A stretch of 56,515 nt of DNA, filler included, from Sphacelaria rigidula (taxonomy: Eukaryota): the NCBI GenBank assembly GCA_964200075.2. It is 5 parts of 5 records of this genome, joined end to end, with 100 filler letters (N's around TTAATTAATTAA, not from the genome) between each part and the next. Parts side by side here need not be neighbours in the genome. Positions count along the whole stretch, not along the records: positions 11,324 to 22,546 come from CAXNAA020005211.1; positions 22,647 to 33,869 come from CAXNAA020005212.1; 3 more parts are not named here. One strand, 5' to 3'. Of the stretch, positions 12,603-24,920 are shown piece after piece; positions within the stretch are counted from its first letter, which is position 1, and each line of letters begins with the position of its first letter. The notes below the pieces were generated by a model. The model had not been told where the DNA came from. It made no database searches and saw only the letters and a list, made by a program, of their open reading frames with translations. Made by a program: the position numbers and the translations under genes.

Positions 12603-15215
12603 GATGATGATGTTGTTCAAGGTTGAATTAAGTAGCATATGATGACTACTTGAAAATAGCTCTTTTTTGACTTTTTTTTGTGTGGAGAGTTTTCCTTCGG
12701 GAAATGCCTGAATGCGTACCTGCATGAACGCCTGCATGCGTTGCGTTCGTGTGCCCGGCTCTCTTCGCTGGTATTTCTCGAGGATACGTCGAAGGTGCAG
12801 GTGGACGATCTGCGGAGTTGAAACCAGCAGTTTTTTTACACCGAGTTTTTTTAGTTTTCATCCTCCGGTTCCGTGTTCTGGTGTCATTGTAATTTCTGTG
12901 TGCTTGGAGATCAAAGCGTGTGTTACTAGTGTCTGCTCCTGTATTGATTTTTCTGTTTTTGCTTGAACTGGTTGCTTGGTTTGTTGAGATGGAAGGACCG
13001 CTCGTTCGTTTCTCTTCCGACACTTAATGACCTGTCGTGCTTCTCGTTCTCCCTCTTGTTCTCGGTGTCTATCTATACCCTGTTGCAGTTTTTTTTTTCG
13101 TCCTTTGTATTTTAGAAAGGTATCAAGCGATGCAGCATGTACGAACTGAGGCGAGAGTGGGGCGCGTGTGTGCTATTAAATAGCTTATGCACGTGCAAGT
13201 GACTCGCGTCTTTGCTCTTGAGCGGGCCATAACAAGGAATCGCCGAGTTCCCTCGCGGGGAAGACCGTATTGTGTGTGCGTGTGAGATAGTGAAGGAGAG
13301 ACTCCTCGGTGTGTTCCGTGTTTCATGTATGGGAAGACGACCGATTATTTATTCGCGACTGCTTGATCGATTCATCACGTCGTGCGGAGGTTGCGCACTC
13401 TTGCGTGTTCCTTCCTGTTCTTGACAATGATTTACCGTATGCGAGTGAGGGAAATGTGGATATGAGCATCGGTCATTCTATGTGTAGGGTCATTCTATGT
13501 TAAGGGAGTCACTTCATTAGAATACATTATAAGTAAGGAAACGTGCCATTATTGGTGCTGCCCTGGCGATGGAGCTGGCTGAGGCGTGCCCAAGCAGCAA
13601 GAAGCCAAGCCTGCATGTTTTTATTGTGCGTGCTTGCTGTAGTCGGTGCGGCGCCGACGTCTGTGTTTTCTGTGTAATGACAGTGAGCAAGTTTTGGATT
13701 GTTGCACTGTCGCGAAGTGAGGACGCCGGGATGCGGAGGGGCGTACCGGTACGCGTTTCGGTTTGCGCAACTGCAAAGTAGCTCTGTGGCCCCCTACGGT
13801 GTGGTCGTTCGTACCCTGTGGTGCCAAGAAAAATCACATGTTGTTGCTCCGGTGGTGTGTTATGTATTTGGATCGGTAAAGTCTGTGATTGGAAGAGAAG
13901 CGGAGGCAGGGGGGCAGGGATCCTGATGATGGCTTTGATGATGAAATATATAGAAGTAAAATTCTCTGTCCGTATGTACCGGGTTTTCCGTGGTCATTTT
14001 ATCCCAGGTGCCGGGAAGACCGTGTTATAGGCATATATTTCAATCATCCTTGATGTTTATACACACAGATCGAAATATTCATGTATGCATATATGCGGCC
14101 GGTATTTGCGTGTTCTTGTTTTCTTTTTCGTTTTTCGTTCCAACGCGAACGAGCGGCCGCCAAACTTTCCATACCATTTCACTTTTTGCTGTATATGTTA
14201 TGCGTATACCGGTGAAAAAATAGAGGCAGCTTTCCCTGCAAGCGCCGGCCGCTGCCGATGTATGACATTGTGGGAGATTCTGAAGCCAAGTAGACTCGAG
14301 TCCCATCCCAGCAAAAATAGCCTTCGATTTCTAGGTGTGTTCCGCTAGTCTCGGTAAAGGAATGTAGACTGAAGAAGGTAGGATCCCGAAGGGGGCAAGA
14401 AGAGGGGGTGGGTGGGGGTTGGGGGGGGGGGGGCAAATGACGTAATGATGTAGCTCGCCCGCTGTTCAGTTTAAATGCGTATGTGTAGAGTATGGGCAGA
14501 GTGCGCCTGCTGCAGTATGCTGCTGTTGTTGCTGCTGCTGAACGTGCTCGACTCCGGAAGGATTGGATCGTATCGCTATCCATCTGCCGTGCTGTAGAAT
14601 TGTGTTACACTTGTTTTTTTTGTCTTCGTTGTCGTTTGGGCCGCGATGGCTTTCCCGAAACGTCGAACGTACGTATACTACTGCTCAGTCCATATCGTAA
14701 CTGTTGAACATCTGCCGACCATTTCGGCGAGGGTATTCGTGCTTGGGCATACCGTGGTAAATCGCTCACCGTGTTCGGCGTAGATATTCCTCTTCAGGTT
14801 GTATTTTTTTATTTGCGAGGATGAGTGCTGCTTACTGTCAGCAGCGACGATTGTGGGATTAGGAGGGGGGGCGAACAAACACTTTGATGAGGCGATGGTG
14901 TTTCTGCTGCGTGCAATACACGTGCTTGGTTCCTTTTGCTTGTGATTTTGTTCACTAGAAAATAGTCACTTCATTTTTCGAGGAGGGGGAACCTAGGCAG
15001 ATGCCTTTCGTGTCATGAATACCTGGTACTTGATTATCCTTTTGTCGCCCCCTTGACGTTTATTTTTTTGCGTTCGCGTTTGTTCGCTTCATTTTTTTAC
15101 GCTGGCGGCAGAAGGGTCTCTTCAGTGTGTTATTTGTTGTCATGTGGTGGTCACTTGACTTCACTAAGGAAAATCATGAACAGTGCTGATGCTGCTAGTT
15201 GTCGTCCGGTAGCCC

Positions 15216-15253
<38 letters not shown>

Positions 15254-18200
15254 CTGCCCCCCCTCGCCCTCCCTCCCCCCCTCTCACNNNNNNNNNNGGG
15301 TGTTTTTGTGGGCTCCCCCCCCCCCCCCCCCCCCCCTCCCTCCACCTAGCCGTGCTTCTGTCTGTTGCATATTGACATATATATAAGTGAAGGTATATGT
15401 ATGTGGCTTTTGGGGCAGCATATGTTTGTTGTGATTCATTATTTGGTCATTCCCATTTTACCCATGGCGTGATGTTTCTGGTCGTTAGCCTGTGAACCTT
15501 GCTTCGCGTGATGTATACACAAAATAACAGGAAAGTATTCATGAATGTCATGAAAAGTTGAACACCGGGCTCGGGTAGCAATGTAAGCAATCCTTTGTAA
15601 GTATACACCTTGGAACAGTGGTTGTGTTTACTGCCTGTCATTCTAGATGTTTCGCCAAGGACAAGGAAATTGTTGACTGCACCATACACCGCGGCAGTCT
15701 GTTGCGTGCGCCGAGAAATATACACGCCATTGTTATGTATGTGGTGTGCACTACTCTCCCATTGCTTTTTTGCAGAACGCACGGCAGTATAGCACATAGA
15801 ATTGAAAAATTTTGGAATCATACAATACATGCTTTGCATTTCTCAAGGTAAATACAACAATAAGCTACTTTGAGCACCCGGGTACATACTTGATGAAGAA
15901 GCACGCCCACACGCGCATTGGACTATTACGCTCTCTGTATGGATTCGGCAACGTTCCTCTGCGCAACAGGTTTCAAGTCACCTTGATTGGGTTCATTGCT
16001 GTTTAGCACCGCAGTACTGTTATTCTCCAAGGCGAGGAGCAGCCTACTAGCCGTTTTTTTCTCCTGTATCCTTCAGGTCCACCTCGACCTCCATAGGCCT
16101 GTGCCCTTCTAAGCTGTCGTCTTCACGTGTGGCGGTGATGCTTCCACCCGGCGTAGCCGGTCGGACAAAGGAAAAAAACCTGAATGATGCATGTGTTTCT
16201 TTCCTTCTGCGACCGTGAAGAGCACGTTCCTGACGTTCTATGGGCTCCGTGATTACGTCCCCCTCGACAACACCTACGAGAGGTCACTCATCATCACCCA
16301 CAGCTTGCACGCCGTACAATCCCGAAGTAGAGAACCACTTTTACCGTGACTATTAGCATCGTGCTCATGCTCAGAGCTGTACTACAGGCACTCAAGTAGA
16401 CCCCAACAAAAAGTCCTCACCAAAGCACCCCCGGTGGAGAGTCCTCCGTGGGAGCACAATATTCTCACAACCTACCGTATACTTCTATAAATTGCATGAC
16501 CCACCGGAACAATACTCATGACATTAGTTCACATACAACGCTGCGCATGAACTGGCGACGTGATTTGGTGTGTGAGGCGGTATGTATACACTCTTGATGA
16601 GGACATACTATTCAGGATAATAAAGCATTCTATTCAGTAACGTTAAGGTTATGTCATGGTTGTTGGCTGCTACAGGCGAGTTTATATATCATTATGGCGT
16701 CGATGCCGCTGGGCGCATTGATGATCAAACCGGCATGTTTGCTTGGGCGGATATAGTGGGTTTGAATACTGACAATGTTTGAATGTCCATTTCTTAAGGA
16801 CCGCGCCAAGCTTAGCGCTATGGGGCGCGCATGCAGTAGTAAATCTGCTCATTTTGTATCGCCTGGGAACTTCACCATCAGAGTTAATAATGAAAACGTT
16901 CGAACTTCATTAGCATCAGTCACTTACTTCCTTACGCCTCATCAGTGATACTTGTCCTGATTTAGGGAAAGCGTTCACGTCGCTCCATCTGCGTCGCTTT
17001 GCGCGCACACGCAATGAATGGTTTTATAATATTTAAAACACATAGTACATCGTTCCGTTTCAACTGTGTATGGCCTGCTGCTTCAGCAGCTTCATATACG
17101 CGAAGTAGTGGTGAAAGCCACATTTTCGTATGCGGACCAGAAACCGCGACCGCACGCCGAAACGATCGTGACACCCTTAAAGCATGACAAAGACTGCCTC
17201 GGCAAAAATGAGGGACGAATCGACCCGAGAGGATCCGTCTTGTGTATCTCGTTTGTATAATGTTTGGATCTCGTGACGATATTCAATGGCTGGCGTTTTC
17301 CCCCGACCCCGGCATTTCGAGCAGACTCCCCGACTGGTGCAACAAACAAGTCTGATCCCCTTTAATTTGTCTTGGCCTTTTTCTTCTTTCTTGTCTACAC
17401 TGTCTGTTCTCCCTTTATGCTTACTTAGCTTTTCTTCAGCGAGCGTTTCCATGTTGCTTTCATCTGGGGTAAGTCTAACATGTGACCACACGGGTACATC
17501 CCTGGGGAATCAGTCGAAGTACGACAATCAATCAATGAATCAACCAATCAGCCCAATCAAATCAACCAGGGAAACCAAAGAAAGTGAACCTAACCCAGTC
17601 TAGCCATCCGCACGAGACGCTAGATATGGCCTTTTTCGGAGACTACTCATCATCGGACCGTAAGTGTGTTCTAGAAAGCGGCTCACGTGTGTAGCCAATA
17701 ATTTCAACGGGTTATGAGCCTCGACTAGCGTAAGAACTTGAGAACTTGATTTACAAGATACAGTCAGACAGAGCCAAGATATCGTGGTGCGTGCAGCAGC
17801 TAGTAATACCGATAGAACACACTTTACTTTAACGAGAGAACGAGCTGCGACCGACAGGCGCCATCATGACGGATGCCGCCAACAAACATCGCAACGCACG
17901 TCAAGGTCATTCCAAGTTTTGATGGAACGCTCACAATATCAAGATTGCTCGTCACGAACCTTCTGTTCATACTCACAGAGGCATCGAGACGCAATCCCTT
18001 CATGATCCTGAGCGGAGAAACCACCCCCACACTGCCTGCAACGAATGGGATCGTAGTCGAAAAGTTCTACTTTGCCTCCACCTCGTCCGAGAAAAACCGG
18101 CTCTGAGGCATCTCCTAGCTTACTGTGTATGCGACGGATAGCCTTACTACGTGCTTCTGGAGAAAAATTATTGTTGTACGTGATACGTGTGCTCCCCTGT

Positions 18201-18969
18201 GGGGCGGAGTTAGTGACCGGCTGGGGTACCTGTTGCTGCGTAGCTGCCCCGCCTCCCGTGTTGGCCGCGGTTCCCGGTATGGTCGATGGTTGTGCGTACC
18301 CCTGTGGGTGCTGGGTAACAGCTTGCGAACTTTTGCGCGGAGGGGACGGTGTAACACTATATTTCCTTGGGGTGGGGTACGGTACTCCATGTGCTGGTTG
18401 TTGCTGGGGTTGGATGTGAGGGGGTGGGGCTCCAGGGTGTCCTACGGGGGCCATGTATCAGCCACCACCAGCGGGAGGGGGTGGCTGAGCAGCCGGGTCC
18501 GGTGGTTAGACCGGTTGGACCTGGGGTGAGGCATGCTGGGAGGCTCCCCGCACTCGTCCAATAGCTGCGACATTAGTGTACATGTTTATGCTGACCTGTT
18601 GAGAGTTGCGTGGAGTTTTGAGCGTGTTTTTTTAGTATATGCGGGTGTGCAGTCTTCCCATGCTCTGTGTGGGGCTGTTACCAGGATTGACGGTGGTTAC
18701 AACACGCTACAGTTGTTTGAGGTTATCAGTGACATGGTTGATCGTGTGGAGTTCATGAGAGTATATGATGTCCAGTACATACCGATAACGGGTTGCAAGC
18801 TCTAGGTAGTAACAGCCGTGCCATCAGACGCGTGTCCCCCCCGAGTGAGTGCTTCACAGGTGAAGAACTCCATGCAGGATGAACAAGGGTGGAGCATTCA
18901 CTCAAGCTTGGAGACGCAGTCGAGGATAAGAAAGTTACCGGTTCCCATGGGTACAGCCGAAACTGGGGG

Positions 18970-19037
18970 GCGTACTCATTTTTTGCTTGCCTTAGTCATT
19001 TGACCATTGACCACGCATCCCTTTCGAGACGGAGCAT
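18970..19037 (-). mobile_element. extremely 5'-truncated LINE 3' end (family A) with target-site duplication
   Basis: Matches the 3' end of the LINE at 45950-46780; flanked by the direct repeat CAGCCGAAACTGGGGG at 18954-18969 and 19038-19053. Confidence 0.8.
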
Positions 19038-19820
19038 CAGCCGAAACTGGGGGCAGCCAAATCTGGGTGCAGTCGAAATGGGCACCTTTCCCGTACTTTC
19101 CCGGTGGAAAGCCATAGAGAAGTGTGTATGGAGTTCCCTCTTTCATTTCACGCGGTCTTGGATCGAATGCACTGGTCTCAACCCAATAGGTTATACCTGG
19201 TAAAACACTTGGCAAATCTATTGAGGGGGGAATGTTACAGGGTGGGAAATGACCTGTATAGAAGGCTGTAGGGCAATATGATCGCCGGCACTAAGCACTA
19301 GTTGCAGCCCAATGATGAATAGAAGATTATGAAAACCCGACGCGCTTGTCGGGTTGTCCGCAGCACACGAGAAAAGAAGAAAGCAAACGCAAAATCCAAC
19401 CCATTCTGAGGGCAAATTCATATATCGTCTCCCAAATACTCAAGTGCACTCCATCCTTTACTGACCGCTGACGACATCATCCATCCTTCACCAAGGATTG
19501 ACCTACATACTGAGTGCAGTGCTCACGTGCCCCTTCTCTGCTGCTATCGGACTACAGGCAAGATCCCTTTCATTAGCATAGGATGTGACTGCAATCATTG
19601 AATTACTCGTAGCTCGCCACTGAGACCCTTGATATCCCTGAGTGGGATATCAACGTGTAGCTGTAAGCACACGCTAGTGATAGAGACGAAGAAAAGCAGA
19701 CACGGAATGAAAAATTGGATTAGTTAAAGCGAATGATCAAAGCCGCTCTCAATCAGCATTCTACTATCAATCTCACGAAAGCGTTGTTTACTCTGTATTG
19801 TGCCCCCCCCCCCTCCACAC

Positions 19821-19910
19821 TGCTCCGTCTCGAAAGGGATGCGTGGTCAATGGTCAAACGACTAAGGCAAGCAACAAATGAGTACGCCCCCCCCCCCCCC
19901 CCCCCCCCCC
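19821..19910 (+). mobile_element. LINE 3'-end stub (family A) followed by oligo(C)
   Basis: TGCTCCGTCTCGAAAGGGATGCGTGGTCAATGGTCAAACGACTAAGGCAAGCAACAAATGAGTACG followed by a C run; same sequence as the LINE terminus at 45950-46020. Confidence 0.8.
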
Positions 19911-20269
19911 GCCCCCTACACCCCCCNNNNNNNNNNCGCACAGTCAGCATATTCACTTCTATCTCACCAAAGCTTTGTTTCTTATGTATTGTCCCCCCCC
20001 CCCCTCCACACACCCCGCCCCTTACACCCGCCACTCGTGGATATCTTCGCCGCAGGTGTTGCTCCGCAAGGGACCAGGGTGTGGAAGGTCATCGCCGAGA
20101 AAGATCAGGCAAAGTTTTCGCTGCTTGGCTTGCTTTGTGTCGTGCTCGCTGCTGTCTGCGAGCCACGTCTGCCGTTCTTGTAGTCGTTGTCGATTCTGGC
20201 GAGAATTTCGTGGGGGGGGAAGAGGGGGCGGGGGGGCAGCAAACGTGCTTCATTGCAACTTGGTCACAT

Positions 20270-21915
20270 CCGTGGAACACCAAATTTTTGCGACAATCAT
20301 GTCGAAACTAATCCCACTTGGTTGGGTAGCTCTGAACAAACAGAAAGCTTAGAGCTATGCGAACGGTTTCGTCGAGTTCGGCGTTGCCAAACACGGAGAA
20401 GAATGCTCAACTTTGATCCGAAAATCCGGGGATGAGCGAATCTATTCCCCGAATTGCCTCTTTTCCCTCTTTGGTGCCAGAAAGTGATGCATTGCAAGGC
20501 ATTGTGATGAATTGCGATGCGTAAATGTTTATGCCGGAGGAAAATATCTGGAACGTCCTGGCTCTAGGTGTTCTATTTTGGCAGCATGGTCGATTTCTGG
20601 TGATTAGGGGGCATCACTCAACGTGCGTCATAGTACCTTAATCGTAAGGTATGAACACCAGATTTTGGGAGATTACTGTCAAAACTTATCTCGATGGGTT
20701 AATAAAGCAGGAAAAAAAAACATTTTCGTCGAGTAAGGCGTTACCAAACACAGAATTAATGGCAACATTTGTTTCGAAAACTAGGGGAGGGGCCATTTTT
20801 ATCCCCGGATTTGTGTTTTGCAAAACGGACTGCACTAGTATCATACACATTTTTACCAAAAGAGGAGGCCTGAAACGTCCCAGGTGTCCCATTTGCGTAG
20901 TCATTGTCGATTCCTGGTGAAAAATAAATGATTAGGGTGCACCACTCTGTGATGGTAAATGACTGAGTGCCTGAATTAAAACTAGCTCCTTGTGGATATG
21001 CAGATGGTCCCTAGAAACGACCAGCGGGTATGGAAGGATTCTAGTCGAATGTGTGTTTGTATGAAGCAGGATTCGATCCTTGTATTGTTGACGCAGCGGG
21101 TTGAAGGTAGATGGATTGTACCCGATTAGCCGCGTGTACCTGCTGCTACTACAGCTTTGATTGGCTTGAGGTACAGTGCATCATGCTGATTTGTGTGTAT
21201 ATGACAAGATTGTATGCGTAGCTATGAGCTTTGAGGGTAATCGTGAGCACCATCGCCCACCAAGCCACTTGCGATCGACCTGTCGGAGATAGGCCTACCG
21301 TAGAACTAATCACAAGAAGGACCCCCAGATTTTCATCTGTTCTGCGCGACGTCTCCCCTTCTGCTGGCAAGCTATGACGAGCTATAACACGAGTAAGTCA
21401 CAAGTAATATAACCCCTTGATCTCTAGTGGTGTTTCCTTTTCAGAAAGAGTTCGGTGCTTACTTTCGATAACAGCTGTCCGCTGTTGACGAGTGCCTTGT
21501 GCGAGAGAAACCTACAGTTTGAGTGTAACAAGTCAATCCAGGACCGCCGGCAGACACCTCACAAGGGTGTGGCTTGCTTGCGTTCGGCGTATACGGCACT
21601 ACTGCTTGCGGTAGTTGCTTATACTACCACAACTCAACGTGCGTGATAGAGCACCTTAATCACAACCGATGAGCACCAATGTTTGGGAGATTACTCTCAA
21701 AACGTATTTCGATGGGTTGGAAAAAATAAATAAATAACACGTTAGTTTTCGTCGAGTACGGCGTCGCCAAACGCCGACTTAATGGCAAAATTTGCTCCGG
21801 AAAACAGAGGATAGGCGATTTTCCCGGATGAAAATTTTCTTTCCTATTTGTTTTTGAGAACAGACCGCACTAATCTCATAGGCATTTGTACCAAAGGAGA
21901 CGGTCTGAGACGTCT
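20270..21915 (+). repeat. three diverged direct copies of a ~200-250-bp module
   Basis: GA.CACCA.AT.TT.G.GA...TTTCGTCGAGT..GGCGT..CCAAAC.C.GA at about 20270-20430, 20650-20880 and 21670-21915. Confidence 0.6.
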
Positions 21916-21954
21916 ACGAGCTGGGCCAGCCTAGAGGCGGATTTGAAGTTTGCA

Positions 21955-22217
21955 GGCCCATCCTCTTTTATACATTTAGAGTTGGGCCCTGAAATTTGGT
22001 ATGGACAATGCATAGGGCATAAAATAAAATACTTCGTACATTTTTTCTTCTTTTTCATGAGTGAGGGGAGTTTTACTGATACCTGAAAACCTATTATTGC
22101 CCTCAACTCATGAAAAAAAAAAACACTTTCGGTACCGAAGTATTTTTTTTCATGCCCTATGCAATGTCCATACCGAATTTCAGGGTCCAACTCTAAATGT
22201 ATTAAAGAGCATGGGTC
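21955..22217. mobile_element. ~263-bp MITE with ~85-bp terminal inverted repeats
   Basis: GGCCCATCCTCTTTTATACATTTAGAGTTGGGCCCTGAAATTTGGTATGGACAATGCATAGGGCAT pairs with ATGCCCTATGCAATGTCCATACCGAATTTCAGGGTCCAACTCTAAATGTATTAAAGAGCATGGGTC. Confidence 0.75.
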
Positions 22218-22546
22218 AATCAAAAACCGGGTCGGTAGAAATTCGGAGCAGTATTTCGTAGGCCACTCACCGGCCCGCGTTTGGTTTTCGTGTATTGAAA
22301 TTTGGTGTGGGCGCTCTTTAAGGCATATTCAACAAAAAAAGAGTGGATCAGGTTGATTTTTTTTCATTGTTTTCCACTGGTTTAGGGCGTTCTACTATGG
22401 TGAAGACCATTTTGTCACGAGAACGCCCTAACCTCTGTTGGGAAAAAAAATTAAGGCCCATTTATTTTATTTTCGGCACTCTTTTGTGGTTCTCCAAACC
22501 AAATTTCGTCGCCATCCGCTAAATGCATCGATCGGGAGTTTCATAG

Positions 22547-22646
22547 NNNNNNNNNNNNNNNNNNNNNNNNNNNNNNNNNNNNNNNNNNNNTTAATTAATT
22601 AANNNNNNNNNNNNNNNNNNNNNNNNNNNNNNNNNNNNNNNNNNNN
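22547..22646. other. artificial contig linker
   Basis: N44-TTAATTAATTAA-N44. Confidence 0.97.
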
Positions 22647-22748
22647 AGCATGGTGTGAGAAAAGATCCCAGATCGCTCCGGGAATCGAACCCCACTACTC
22701 AGCCGTCAGAAGGTTACGAGGTTACCAATTGAGCCACCGAGGCGACTC
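22647..22748 (-). mobile_element. tRNA-derived SINE head, cut by the contig edge
   Basis: Minus strand GTCGCCTCGGTGGCTCAATTGG (A box) ... GGTTCGATTCC (B box); similar to the copy at 36400-36512, including the downstream ACACCATGC. Confidence 0.7.
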
Positions 22749-22819
22749 ACCTCTGGGGTGCAAAGGGTCTCGATATTTCTGTGATGGTCTTGCTTTTGAG
22801 GGGGGATAGCGCAGTTTCA

Positions 22820-24920
22820 AGTAGTACTTCTCCCTCGTGCGGTGATATACGACAGTAGTCTCGGAGGTTCTCTCCCATTATGGACCTTATGACGAGCTCG
22901 ATGCCATGTTGCAGCACTACCAGTGTGCTCTTGCCTGGGCATGTCGGTTGTGCGTGTGCCTATGCGGCGCCACGGTCCATCGTCATTCCACCGCATTTTG
23001 TGAGACGTGCCCAGCACTCAATGCGGTACCGTAAGATCACCGCCGAAACTGCGCCAATCAAGCAGCGGCGGTGCCGTGTGTTACCAGGTTAGTCGGCAGT
23101 CCACAGCGATATGCTCAAGTCGTGCTGATTTGGGATACTCGAGATGTTGTAGTGCCGAGAGAGAATGTGGGATTTACTGCCGGCCCAGCTCGTGGAGTTC
23201 AGGAGTGTGTGCTAGACGAGGAAGCTCCGTTCGGCACGCCAGCGATACTGGTTGCAGAATTACAGAGTACTGGTTTCGTGATATCATTATCATACCAGGC
23301 AAAGGAGTACGGTGCAAAACCACCTCAAAACTTGAAGGGAGTACGTGGAGTACCGTAACCGCCTTACAAATTTCCCGTGTGCGTTACGCTATATATTTCC
23401 ACTCTCAGGGCATCTTGGTTACAGGGGCTCAACTAAACGTCATGATCGATTACGAAGACCGACGTGGTCGGTAATGAGCTTGGCAAGCTGAAAGAGAATA
23501 CAAACATCCATACAGACTCCGGGGCGTTTTTTTACATAAATCCTTCGGTCGCCACGGTGGGTCATCTGTGAAGTCGGCATCATTTTCACGCAAAAAATGA
23601 CTGAGGCCTACATGATCTACCCTTGCGGTTAAAGTATCAAGGTATTACGGTGCATTTCAATCCTTTTCGTCCAAACATATTTCGCGTGCGCTCGCGGACC
23701 GTACATATTGGTCCCACGAACACAAGTACTTTACACCGACTTCCATGCCAGTCGATCTTTATTGACACTCTAATAGCGGGGAAACACAAAAATCTTCGAG
23801 CTGAGTTTGCGCAAAAGGACTGCCGACATGAGAGCACCGGGTCGTAAAGCGAGGCCGTCAGAGTTGCTCAACATAGTTCCGAATTGCACATGACAGTATC
23901 GAGTCCAGCCTTCCTGTCCTAGCACAAGTCATGTGCAGAATTACTGGCCAGCTTTTACCCAAACTTGGGCCTGCCGGACTGTAACCACTACTCGTGGTAT
24001 CTTCCGGCGCTGGTTGTGCGAAGAGCAAAAATCGTTTATATTGCACCAAATGTAGAACTACAGCGCCCTACAAGAGTCGGCGAGTCAAGAAGGAGACTAT
24101 GATGTTTCAGGGTAGATTATTTCGTGGACAAAATTGAATGCTACTCGGTAATCTTAGTTGTGGGACAACAGTAGTGCGAGGAGACGGCGGGTATAGTTGA
24201 AACGGGCGATTCCGAGTGTAGCACGATCTTTCTTGGGTAAACAAAGAGCCCAAAAACACTTCAGGGCAACTTTGTTCATCACTTCCAACACGTGCTGCAG
24301 CGACCTCATCATAAGTCAGGAAGTACAAAGGAGCCATTCACCGCGTACAGTTTTCAATCTTCACTTTTACAGCTTATTTGACATTCAACGATAAGGTTCG
24401 GCCACAACCCGTAAAAAAGCAAAGGCTTGTGATTTGCATCTGAAGAATACCGCGGTACGCACAACTGGAGAGGTCGCGTGTGACTGGGCAACACTAGTGA
24501 TCTCCAACGTCATCCTACTTTTTCCCAACTTCGACCAATTATGTACCACCTCACCTTCTAGGTCAGCTGCTGTGACCAAAATTCAAATCACCCAGAAAAT
24601 CCCAGGCAGCCTGCCACCACAAACCTAAACTCACGGGTGCACAATTCAATGAACAAACCTCACCCTCGCCCCAAAGCAGGAGCATACGTGTAGCACATAA
24701 ACCCACCTGGCACAGACATCGCCGACCACCGCGGTGCCGCTGCAATGCTCCGTCTCAAGGAACAACGCAAGAAGGTGTAAGCTTCCGTCCCACAACTACG
24801 ACTTCCCCACAAAAGTAGAAACGCAAACAGGGTTCGTCTCGTTGCTTTCTTCGCTCCATGGGAAGCCACTGCTGCTGTCGCCGCTTCCGCCACCGCCTCG
24901 AACTTTTCTGGTGCCATTTT
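22820..24920 (-). pseudogene. heavily decayed hAT-like DDE transposase relic
   Basis: Minus-strand fragments GMTMDRGAA (resembles the second catalytic D context ttDnga) and, after a 1-nt frameshift, CCN(H)GIELVIRS (CxxH motif); many stops and frameshifts; boundaries approximate. Confidence 0.4.

Noticed and set aside
13545..13640. IIGAALAMELAE resembling a FAD-binding Rossmann helix
   Set aside because: No preceding GxG, no good splice acceptor and no further exons found; probably chance
15215..15345. Poly-Pro/poly-Gly ORFs over poly-C tracts (also 19887-19936)
   Set aside because: Homopolymer tracts with internal 10-N gaps; low-quality, non-coding sequence
22660..22748. Possible tRNA genes here and at 36440-36512
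   Set aside because: A and B boxes are present but there is no convincing acceptor stem or cloverleaf, and the copies share non-tRNA downstream sequence, so they are SINE heads
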